Position numbers and translations under genes: made by a program
The notes under the pieces: model-generated
Told to the model about the DNA's origin: nothing
The model's database searches: none
What the model saw: only the letters and a program-made list of their open reading frames with translations
Assembly: GCA_051294905.1 (NCBI GenBank)
Contig: CM119371.1
Span: 33,606,001-33,666,000, forward strand
Reading direction: 5' to 3'
Source: Botryllus schlosseri
Taxonomy: Eukaryota
Length of the DNA: 60,000 bases
Shown here: piece by piece, positions 27,217 through 38,414 of the stretch
Layout: every line of letters begins with the position of its first letter
How positions within the stretch are numbered: position 1 is the first letter of the stretch

Positions 27217-28998
27217 GATTCTCAGGTAGACTTGAATCGTGATCCGGACCTTGGAATATAGTAAAATCGGGATATGTAGTTTAATTACTCACTCACTATT
27301 CTGTAGGTTGGTGGTGGTGGTCATACCCTGCAAACATTTCTGCTGAGAACGTAGTGTTTCACCTTACATCAGTTGGTTCAATGTATGTACCGGGTTGTGA
27401 AAACTGTCGCTGTTTTGACTATGTGTCACAATCAATACTAAATACGAGAATTCGTCACTCGTCGAAATGTCGCAGTCAGACATCGTTAACAACGATTCCG
27501 TGTATGGCAATCTTAAGTTCAATTGCGGTTTTGTGATGTTAACCAAGCCGTTGTGTTTCTGCGGTGTGAAGACTGAATTCGTGTTGTTCCCCCGCAAGAG
27601 TGCGATGTCTATTTCACACCTAGCGCAATTATAAAACGCATCTTCGAAACTTTTGGTCTAGTTCATCCGCTTGTATTTCGAAACGGACCATCACCACAAG
27701 ACTCTAACCCACCACGTCCGTGGTTTCAGTTGATCATATCGAAGAATATCATGTCCATCCGTTTTACCACCCACAGATTTCACCATCCTCACACGGTAGT
27801 GCTAAGACACAGACAAGATGCGGTGGTGGAAATATTGAAAATGAGAAAGCAGACCATGGTGTCATTTGATCTGGATTTTACACCCGATGAACCCACCATT
27901 CGTACTACGCATTGGGATGAGGATTCTATCATTGATGTCGAGGGAAAGGAGATGTACAGATTTGTTGGTGTCGTGAATATTCAACGAAAGTCGGGATATA
28001 TGGTTGTGCATGGTTCGCGTATTTGACTGCGAGGATATCGCTATACATAACGTGCTGTTCACCGTATCGATAGCACCAACGAATATCAGTGAAAGGGTTG
28101 TAATCTCGGTGAAATAGTGTGCGACACATTTTTCCACAAGTTGGATGCATGTCGGTTCATACTAAGACCATGTTACGGTCAAATATGTGTGTTTTTCTGT
28201 CTCCAAGTCATCTACCCCCACATTGAATGTACAGAGTCGGTGCATGTATGAGACTTGAGAACATGAATTTGTCATCCATGATGCTTGTAATGCCGGCCAT
28301 GATGTTATCCATGATGTATGTAATGTCACACACCTCGTTTACGCGAATACTTGGTATCTATGAACAATCGTGAAGTATACTGGATGTGTAATGTCTTGTT
28401 ATTTTCATGGAAACACGGGGTGTAACATGTTTGAATATTGTTCATTGGTGTGTCGATTCAGAGTTGATATCCGGATCCGGTTAATACTTTCTCGGGTTTC
28501 CGATTTCAAACTGAACGGCGGGATATGTATTGACCAATAAAGAGTGACACAATATAGTAAACATGTGTGAGAAAACTCACAAGTAACCCGGATTTGTTAG
28601 CGCGACGGGGACATAAATTCAACCATTATCCGTGTACCAAGCAGTTCCCAAAGTCATGGAGGTTGCTAATTTCAACATATTGACTCTGTGGGAGGCTAAA
28701 GCACGAACCGGGACACACACACACAGGCACACACCAGGACATACAATATCCGTCGATTTCCAAAACATACATTTCGATATACAATGGTATGCTGTTATTT
28801 CATGTGGTTAACCGATGATATAGATGCGATGCGATCGACGCGGGTATACTCTGAAACCGGTTGTCGGTTTATATTTTCGTCACTTTTCGTTGTCATCAAT
28901 TTCAAACTGTCGCCAATACAACAAATACCAAATTGATGCGTGTGTTTTTCAGATTTCAAAACGAAAATGATATTTTTACTTAGGTAAACATCACATCT

Positions 28999-29530
28999 CC
29001 AAGAGAAAATGGTTTGTTGCTCCAGGAAAAAATATACTTCCAAGTGAAAAGGGTTTGTTGCTCAGGGAAAAAATATATTTCCAAGTGAAAATGGTTTGTA
29101 ACTCAGGGAAAAAATATATTTCCAAGTGAAAAAGGTTTGTTACCCAGGGGAAAAAATATATTTCCAAGTGAAAAAGGTTTGTTGCTCCAGGAAAAAATAT
29201 ACTTCCAAGTGAAAAGGGTTTGTTGCTCAGGGAAAAAATATATTTCCTAGTGAAAAGGGTTTGTTACTCAGGGAAAAAATATATTTCCAAGTGAAAAAGG
29301 TTTGTTACCCAGGGAAAAAATAGATTTCCAAGTGAAAAAGGTTTGTTGCTCAGGGTAAACGATGGATCGCCATGTGAAAATGTATTGTTACACCGGGTAA
29401 ACGGTAGATCTCCAAAGGAAAATGGTTTTGTTGCTTGGGTAACGGTGGATCTCCAGGTGATTATGTTATTTTTTACTCTGGTGAGCGTCATGTAGCCAAA
29501 GGAAAATGTATTTTTACTTCGGTAAGTGTC
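28999..29530. repeat. 41-bp tandem array (about 13 units) inside the Polinton-like element
   Basis: Unit CCAAGTGAAAAAGGTTTGTTGCTCAGGGAAAAAATATATTT starts at 28999, 29040, 29081, 29122, 29164, 29205, 29246, 29287 and 29328, then degenerates at 29370, 29412, 29453 and 29496. Confidence 0.93.
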
Positions 29531-32455
29531 ATGGGTTCAGTGTTTCCAGTGTCGTTGGTATTGTTAAACGTTGTCGTCGGTAGTCGTTGGTATACTATTA
29601 TGAGGGTGAAAAGGATTTGCACGTCTTGTGCAGAGTATTGTGACAGTGAACATATTTTTGGTGCGACGAAACAAGATCGTTGTTCAAATGTTAATGCATG
29701 CATTTCGATTACCGAGTTGTTGTACAATAGAGACGACTCTACATTAGACCATGATGTGTGCTTCGATTAAAACCGCAAGACCACATGTAAATCTTTTCGC
29801 ACAACTCGATGACATTGATAAAGTGTTACTAAAAATAACGATTACCTATTTACACAACATAAAAATAACAATTCATGTCGTAGTAAGTAAGTTTCTTGAA
29901 CTCGTACTTGATGAAAACGAATGGTGACAAGTATGCTTTTGTGTTTGAGTGAAAAATAATTATTTAGAGTATAGTGACAGTTTGTGACCAACGAATGCAA
30001 ATCGATCATGATATTACAATATACGCTTTCGTCAACATAACGACTTGGCGTAGAAACACTTTCACGTTTTTTGAATAACTGGATTCTCGAAACTTGTTAC
30101 TTTTACGATGTACCGTTGGGGTGCAAACTATAACGACCATTTTGTATGATAGTATGTTTTAGTTGTATTGTTGTGAGGACAATCATATGATGACTCAGCA
30201 CTTTTCGTTAGCAAAGTAAATTGTTTGTGTGTTAGATTTGTGGAAAGTAAGTCGAATACATACTTTTTTGTGGAAGTAACTGTATTATTGTGATATCATT
30301 GGCAGATCTCTCAAGCAGTGACCGTGGTTTTGTTTTTGAAAGATGTATCGATATAATATTTTCTAAAAGTCAAACTCGGACGGCTATCATGACTGTGTAG
30401 GACTTACGATAAACACCTTTGTTACAAGAACTATGATATTTCTGTAAGTACTATAGTTGTGTGTTGAGTTATTTGAATATTTAGATGTGTGACCATTCGT
30501 GTATAAAAGTTTGTAGAGTCTAAACAACCATTTGGTTTCGTAGTGTGAGGATATGAAGTAAAGTCGACTACTTTGTGTGATGTAAATATCCTTCGTACTT
30601 TTGTAAGAGTTGTGGGGGGTGCTCATTCATACCCTACAAAGTAACTAATTGATACAAACAAAATAATGAATGACCGCCAACACATTGAATTCATAACCCA
30701 AGATAGTGAAAATTGTTTACTGTTAGACTAACATAATTCGTATCCAGCAAAACGATAGACACCAAAGGTTCGATGGAGTTTAAATCTAGATTGTATTAAG
30801 CGAAGTGATGAGTACCTCCAGTAATAAAATCGAAACGGCCAAAACAAATTTTCTGTGTCATGGTTGTTGTAAATAACTATTTGGTATGATATTAGTTGAG
30901 TGTGTGGCAATTCGTATCTGTCGAGGTTGCATGTTTAGCCATATCGAAATGAATCCAGAATACATATAGTATACATTGATCACAATAGAATCGATGAGAA
31001 TGTTAACCACATAGAGTGTATTTGTATGAAAGTCATTTTCAACACGGTTACTTCGATCGGTATTAATTCCGTGTCATACAAAAAACATGAAACCTGTGTA
31101 CAGTTTCGTTTTACGAGAATATCGAGTAAGTTGATTATTTTTTGTGTCACGAAAATATCTTGTATTGATATTGCACACTGGTTTCATTACCCAAGTGCGT
31201 GAAAATTGTTTTCTACTGGACAGATATGATTTGTATTTAGAAAAAACGACCCACACCGATAAAGCGACTTTGTTTAATATCCGATGAGTGTGTGAAATTA
31301 CCTTACGATTTGATTTAGCGAGTTAATTGCTGGTGATTCAATCACATACAAGTATATGGTCTTTTAGTGACTGAGTATTGTGACGACATTTACTTTGACG
31401 AATGGCAATGGGAAAATTTCCAATTTCTCTGCTCGTGTGTGTTGCGCAAATAGTTCTAGTATGCATTCAGTGAACATCATACAAATTGACAACGACTTTC
31501 ATTAGTTTGGTTAGATGATGACAATTATTCTGCAGGTTCAAATCGATATCACTACTATGAACAACAATACAAACACATTTTTCTAGATTTCGGTTTAGCA
31601 CATACTTCGATTTTATTATTGTTATGAGTTTTGTATTAATCAAGGTCGGTTGAATAGGATCCATCCAGTAAAGATATTCAAAATTGTTTCTCTGTTGATC
31701 AAAGTCTTAGAGTGTAACCTCGTAATGTTTTACATTTCACACATTCGACAGAGAGTGTGAACAGAGTTTAATAGGGATTAAATGATGTCGCCCGGAGTCC
31801 AAAGTGATTTACTCGTACTGCGTAAGATGAGTATGTTTCAATTCACTGTCACAGATTCTGACAATAAAGTATTGCACCGGTTGTTAACCAGCAAACGGAA
31901 TTGTTGTTTCATCTTTAGTCTTGGTAACTGAAACGATTACATTTGTAAAGTATTTTCTGATACCCGCGATACCCAGAGTGATTTGTACCAAGGTGGAATG
32001 ATTTGTCAATCAAGAACATTTCAGACACGTATAGTTTTACAACTCAATATGTTAATAGCCATGATAGTGAAAAGTTTGTTGCTGTCATAATAACCTTTAC
32101 CACAACGTCGGGTCTAATTAACGCAAATAAATTAGTAATCAAGTCATGATAGACCATTACAAAATCCCATATGTCAAATCGATGTGACAATCCTTATGTT
32201 TACATCATGATAATTTTCGATATAACACCTGCGTTCGATTGTAAGAAATGAATTCTCAACTACGACGACCAGACTTTCGAATCTTGTATACTCAAACATA
32301 TTAGGTTAATCTCAAGGCGCCTGCATCGAGTAGTAATTACTTTTGTCTTACAAAATCTATCGAGTAATAATTACTTTGTCTTGCAGAATATACCACGTAG
32401 TAATTCCTCTATCTTACAGAATAGTAACGACTTTTAAAGTTGAATAAAAAAGATG

Positions 32456-34349
32456 CGTCGTAGGGATATGAGTACAACCGAACTTGTTATGGATTTTAGG
32501 TTTTAGTGATTGTATGGACTCGTGTATGTTTGGCTGTTTTTCATACTGATACTGTTTGAGTTGGTCGGGTAAGTTACAAACGGATTTACTTGACAATGTT
32601 TTTGTGGTTGACTCTTTGAATATGGTAAGATGGTAAGATGTCGAGACGTAATACTATTTCCGTACACTCAATTACAACAAAACATAACCCGCATTCAAAT
32701 AATTCATAAGCTACGAGTGGATTTAAAACTTGATGTTGTTTTGTGGTTAACTCAAGTCAGTGGTCATGTTTGTGTTGATTTCAGGAATGATCATGAGGAG
32801 TTGGTCGGGTAAATTAGGTAATGTGGTACCGTACAGAGTTGCTGATATTCCAATATCTTTTACGCTGTAATATACGGATTTAATTGCGATAAATTATTTC
32901 TCAGTTATTGTTCACACATTCAAATCTCGTATACTCAAAATATAATATGTTCATGTCAAGTCGTATTTGCCCCGATTAGTAAATACTTTGTCTTCAGAAT
33001 AGTAACGACCTTTCCAATTGAATAAAAAAGACCGATCATACGAATACAGCCAGGATGAATTAATTCAAATTTATGAGTTGCAGTGATATAATCAAGTAAG
33101 TGAAAACTAGATTTTTAACAATTGTTAACGTTGTGAATAATTCTTTTGAGTATGGTAAGATGTTAAAATATCTCTTTGATAAACGGAAAGCGGGAACGCG
33201 AATAGAGTTGCAATGTTTCATTACTTGTTTCAAATCAATGTGCGTATAATATCAATATGGGACTGTGGGAAAGTTGGTAGTCATGTTTGTCAATCCTATT
33301 TCAATTCACACTACGCCAAAGTCCAAATATATTTGATTCTGGATTATTTGGATTTATCTATAGAACATCTCACGAATGGATTCCGACCCCGTACTATAAC
33401 TAGATCGCTATGTCTGATGCATTATTGTGTCAGCGACGTAGGGTTTACAATTATTTCACACCTTTTTGAATAGGCGTCAACTTCACAGAGGATTAGGGTT
33501 GGATCAGAAATAAGTGAGAATTTGTCAGTATCCGAATCACCGTCTGCGACGGTTCTGTTATTCGTTACATATTGTATCTTACCAGTGAAATCCAGTTCTG
33601 CGACAAATTAATTACCAAAATAGTACCTCGTGAGTGATTGGAATGTATGTAACACCAAGTCGCGAGCGATGGTTATGTCTTAGGTATTATCTTGTGAGCG
33701 ATCGCGGGATTTGTAACCTATTTCACAGCTTTTTGAAGTGTTAGTTTGCGAGCGTGGTTCTTGTTGGTTTTCGAATCCCCGTCTACGCCGGCTCTGTGTC
33801 CGATTAATTACCAAAATAATACCACACGAGTAATTCCTAGGTTTAGCAAACTATTTCACACCTTTTCGAACTGTTAGTTTGTGAGCGCGGCTATTGTTGG
33901 TATTCGAATCACCGTCTAAGCCGGCTCTGTGGTAAACTAAATACCAAAATATTACCTTGCAAGTGATTCCTAGACTTAGCAAACTATTTCACACCTTTTT
34001 TGCTGAAAGTACGACATACCGCCCGCAGTCTATACCGAAAGTACGAATCACGACCGCACCCATAAGACGCAATAGCCACATGCGACCCCCGCCGTAAGAA
34101 ATAAGAACCGCTCGTCACCCCCGCCATAAGACGAAAACGTTAGTTCGCCACCCCCGGTTTCTCAGCCGCTCGCCACCCCGCCCATAAGACGAAAACGTTA
34201 GCTCGCCACCCCCGCCATAAGACGAAAACGTTAGTTCGCCACCCCCGCCATAAGACGAAAACGTTAGTTCGCCACCCCCGGTTTCTCGTTAGCTCGCCAC
34301 CCCGCCCATAAGAGCCCCTGCCACCCCCAGAGCGATCTATATAACTACT
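32456..34349 (-). repeat. Right terminal inverted repeat (1,894 bp)
   Basis: Mirror of 25324-27216. Mirrored ORFs in the track (26200-26460 vs 33213-33473; 26861-27043 vs 32630-32812) confirm it. Confidence 0.97.
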
Positions 34350-34566
34350 GACAGCTCACTATGCTGTATCGGTAAATATAAGTAGAGAGAACAAGAAATT
34401 CATAGCAACTTATATGCAATTCCCGATCTTATTGACTGATTTATTGTGATTTATCGAAATTTTCACGCATCATGGCGCTGGCTCAGGAAACGGTACCACT
34501 GTATATTCGTGGTAAAAGTGAACAACGTGATGTGGAACGGTTTATCACATAATAGAAGCCCATGAC

Positions 34567-36988
34567 CAATGTTCCCTCTAAGTTGCGCACGTGCGCAAAT
34601 GCGCAGTGCTGAAACGGTCTCTGCGCACAGAAAATCTAAGCTGCGCACAAACAATCCGAAGTGATGTTTTTTATTAGTCGTTGCGCACTGTTTTCCAAGA
34701 GACCAAGCAGGCTCTCAGACTCGTGAAAAAATCAGAGGGAACATTGCCAGGGGCAAATAGTGTTAGCATTGAAGTCTGAAACCGAGGTACAAGTGCGGCC
34801 CACAAAGGTAAATATTGCGCTCCGTGAAGAAATGAGAATATGCGATCACGTGCGCCCCACGAAGGTGATTTGTCTTTTAGTATGGTCTCGTACGTGTGAG
34901 TGATACTGATATCATTTCAATAGCGCATTATGTTCTGGGAATGGCGAAATAATATGGTTAAAGAAAGTTATAAATAACAACGGGCTAGCTCGAAGTTAAT
35001 CTGCGAGGAACTAACGAATATTATTCTCCGCGTGGCATAAACAGTGCGTAAGATATACTCAGGACAGTAACTGCCGCACCCAAACCCCCCCAATTGGAGG
35101 GCCAAGCTCGAAGGCGGCCCAAAATTATTTCGTAAATTAACATAAATCATGATGTATTTTTTTAAACTTTTAAAAAAATTTCGCGCCATTCGCGATCTAA
35201 TATTGTTAAATATTTTGATTATTGGGTACCCTTTCCCCAACAAAAAATACACGTGATTTATAGACATGGGCACTTGGGCGTCGGCCATTACCGTGCCACA
35301 AAGCACCAAGACATATGAAGTTATAGGCTATGTAACATGCCACTCCGAGAAGTGCGCCAGAACGATCAGCAACGAGAAAACTTTGGCCTAAAAGAACTGC
35401 CCTTGTGCTCACCGACAACTTCGATGCATATACAATTACACATATGTTTAATTTTCCAGAGGCGCCTAAATGACTGGAGCCGACTGTTTCTGTCCTGGAG
35501 ATCTGAGTCCCACAACAAGACAAATGCCATATCGAGGGAACATTATTTGCCAATAAAGAAATACCAATTTGAAATCGTGTGCGTCTTCTAGTTTAGTACT
35601 TTTGGGCGATTCCAATATCTTTTGATATAGCAGATAGGAGGTCACGAAATGGCAGTGTTGAGATCAAGTCACTACCTTCGACTCACTAGTCATTTCGAGT
35701 CATTGCACATTTTGACTCGAGTCAAGTCAAGTCAATCGATTTTTGAAGGTGACTCGAGTCAAGTCAAGTCACTCGATTTTTGGAGGTGACTCGAGTCAAG
35801 TCGAGTCAAGTCAAGTCAAGTCACGAGTCAAGTCACAATTCAAGTCAAATTGCCTTTTCGAAGTATGAGGCATGATTTCGTCATTGCATTTTGGTAGCTT
35901 CCTGAAATGAAGATTGATGTGGTCATTGATTGTGAACCGATGAACGAATATAGAGTTGAATATACAACACGCAAGAAGGCGCTGTATCGCTCACATATAC
36001 GTAAAACTGTTGCAAAGCCTCAGTTTATATTTACCAGACAATATTGAGAAACGAATCAATAAGATGCAATACATTACTAATTTACATATTGACATGATAC
36101 AATTCGAGCCTGCGCCAATGGTTGAGGAGTATATAAACTATATTTACAATAAACAAGAGGTTATGGTGTAAGAACAGAAAACAGAAATAAATATTATGCT
36201 AGTAAATGATTCACTACTAGTTTACGACAACGTAAGCTGTACGCTTCAATCACTACGCTTGTGGTCAATTTATTTGTGAGAGAACAATGCAGTCTCAGTA
36301 AAACGCACGATCATTGAATGATTGGTCGCTCTCACGGGTTACACAAACGTTTCGCGAACAATCCGAACATATGGAAGATACAGTGATTTTTATCGACACC
36401 GATTACTTGATGACTTGAAATTGACTCGTGAATTTTGCTCCGAGTCACGAGTCAATCCACATTTCTGATGCTACGAGTCAAGTCAAGTCAAGTCATTTAG
36501 CACAGTGACTCGAGTCAAGTCAAGTCATACGAAAAAGGTGACTCGAGTCTGACTCGAGTCAAGTCATGACTCGAGTCATCCCAACACTGCGAAATGGCAT
36601 CATGTAACGCAGTTGTTATACCAACGGGTACGCCCGAAGATATTTTAGTATTATTTAGAAGGCCTACCTTTTCCAACACACCTCAATCGATCAGCTCTAC
36701 CAGTAAATCTGATTATGTGAGCAGAAAGAGGATAAAAATTGATAGCAATGTATTCGCAATTTCCGATCATACTGATCGATTCAATCATGAATCATATAAA
36801 TTTTTTGCACTTATAGGCACCCAATGTAAAAGAGAAGTACCGACAGAAAGCGTACAGCCTGAGAGCTTCGCCCCACAGACGTTTGGTATATCACCCCATG
36901 GGGGACCTGGTTGCGCACTTTTGTCCACGGGCCTGCGCAGTGAGCTGGCGTGTTTGCGCAGACTCGTGAAAAATTAGAGGGAACATTG
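34567..36988. mobile_element. Composite hAT-like element (CAATGTTCCCTCT ends)
   Basis: TIR CAATGTTCCCTCT / AGAGGGAACATTG with perfect 8-bp TSD CCCATGAC (34559-34566, 36989-36996). Extra internal right end at 34746. Confidence 0.8.
35653..36589. mobile_element. hAT MITE with GACTCGAGTCAAGTC subterminal repeats
   Basis: TIR CAGTGTTG(A/G)GAT / ATCCCAACACTG with perfect 8-bp TSD CGAAATGG. Confidence 0.88.
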
Positions 36989-37993
36989 CCCATGACTCAA
37001 GTTTCTTGGAGGGGGGGGGCGGCTGACTAAGTGATGTTTCGTTCCTGCCAACGGGTATACACCCGGAGATGTTTAACTATTATTGAGGGCTCCTACCTTT
37101 TCAAACATACCTTACTCAGCGCTACCGGTAAATCAGATTGGGTGAGCCGAGAGAGGGTAAAAATTATATGCAATTCCCGATCATACTGACCGATTCAGTC
37201 ATTAATTGTAGAAGTATCTCACGCTTCGCGCGTTCATGTAGATGACAAGTAAATAGCGGTAAGCAGCGTACAGGGGATATAGGGGCGAAGCCCCCAGAAG
37301 TTGTGTTTATCACACCATGGGGAGCCCCAAGAACGACGTTTTTTTGGAGTGGGGGGGGGGTGACGAAGTGCTGTTACGGCCCTGCCTAGATATGAAGTAA
37401 CCAATCTGTTTCCGCGGACGTTTGTAATTATGCGAATAATGTACTAATACACTGGAAAACAATTTTGAACCAAAAATTAGTTGACTTTGATTTTGCACTT
37501 GATTTTGGCGTGCTGATTCCCAAAATCCCGCTGTTCATTTTTCTATATCTTCAACTTTTTTCTCTATGTATGACCAAAATATGCACATTTTGACGAATTT
37601 ACCGATATTACTTTTGTATACCATATAAAAATCCACAATGCTATCCTATAATAAGTTATATGGCCAAGGGCTCAATCGAAATATTACGAAAAAGGTGTTG
37701 CTATCGATATAGGCCGATGCTTTCACCCATTTTTGGATAGAGGATGCAATCATCCGAGAATATTTCAGACACATATTTGATGCAAACTGCAGGATATGGC
37801 AAGTAAAATAAAAATCACATATGCTATCAGCTATAGGTCCAATGCTCCATTCAGCATCTCCAGTGTGACTTCAAACTCCTATACGCTTGAAAAAATAGAT
37901 CAAGATGAAGATCTTAGGGATATCACTCCTAATGATGGAGATTGTGAATACGTAGAAGATTCAGAACATAGAGTAGTCAATCAATACAAGTTA

Positions 37994-38153
37994 AGTGATC
38001 TGACATAGGCTTTGGATCTTGGTACGGAAATATTCCGAACTTTTAGCATCCTTGCGAACTGGGAAAAGATTACAGTGATCTGACATAGGCTTTGGATCTT
38101 GGTACGGAAATATTCCGAACTTTTAGCATCCTTGCGAACTGGGAAAAGATTAC
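37994..38153 (+). repeat. Exact 80-bp tandem duplication
   Basis: AGTGATCTGACATAGG...GGGAAAAGATTAC occurs at 37994-38073 and 38074-38153. Confidence 0.92.
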
Positions 38154-38414
38154 TTGACAAGAGAGAAGGTGGGCCTATCTCACTCACGATCTCATGCAGT
38201 CTCCGTCACGCTCGCTTCATCATCGTCTCTTCACTGCCGACTCATAGCTCGGCTCACTGGGATTGGGCTTTTAAAGTCACTGCAACTGCGTGGAGGTAGG
38301 TGATGAGGAGTCCATATAACCTCCGACGCGTAGAAACTGGTCCAAACCGGGCTTCGAAGCACCGCCATTGGCGTCATGACGCTGGCGTTTAACCAGCTGC
38401 GCCACTCGCTTCCC
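38154..38414 (-). mobile_element. tRNA-derived SINE-like insert
   Basis: Minus-strand head GGGAAGCGAGTGGCGCAGCTGGTTAAACGCCAGCGTCATGACGCCAATGGCGGTGCTTCGAAGCCCGG has an A box, a B-box-like TTCGAAGCC and a CAT-centred stem. It interrupts the Chapaev3-like remnant; the 3' boundary is approximate. Confidence 0.6.

Larger units (their letters stand above)
25324..34349. mobile_element. Non-autonomous Polinton/Maverick-type element, 9,026 bp
   Basis: Termini 5'-AGTAGTT...AACTACT-3', 6-bp TSD GACAGC (25318-25323, 34350-34355) and TIRs of about 1.9 kb. No pPolB, integrase, ATPase, protease or capsid ORF recognised inside. Confidence 0.85.
24769..37384. mobile_element. Outer hAT-like non-autonomous element (about 1.15 kb on its own) hosting the Polinton and a second hAT
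   Basis: Ends CAGTGCAGTAAC / GTTACGGCCCTG with 8-bp TSD CCTTGATA / CCTAGATA (7/8 match). Host sequence continues across both insertions when compared with homologous sequence at about 15310-15540. Confidence 0.7.

Noticed and set aside
28999..29530. Regularly spaced repeats resembling a CRISPR array
   Set aside because: Units are contiguous with no unique spacers, there are no cas genes, and the context is eukaryotic.
25324..34349. Inverted duplication as an assembly artefact
   Set aside because: An exact 6-bp TSD, Polinton-type termini, small arm differences and host-repeat continuity across the insertion argue for a real insertion.
38340..38414. Functional tRNA-Met gene
   Set aside because: The acceptor stem does not pair well and the T-arm is non-canonical; better explained as a SINE head.
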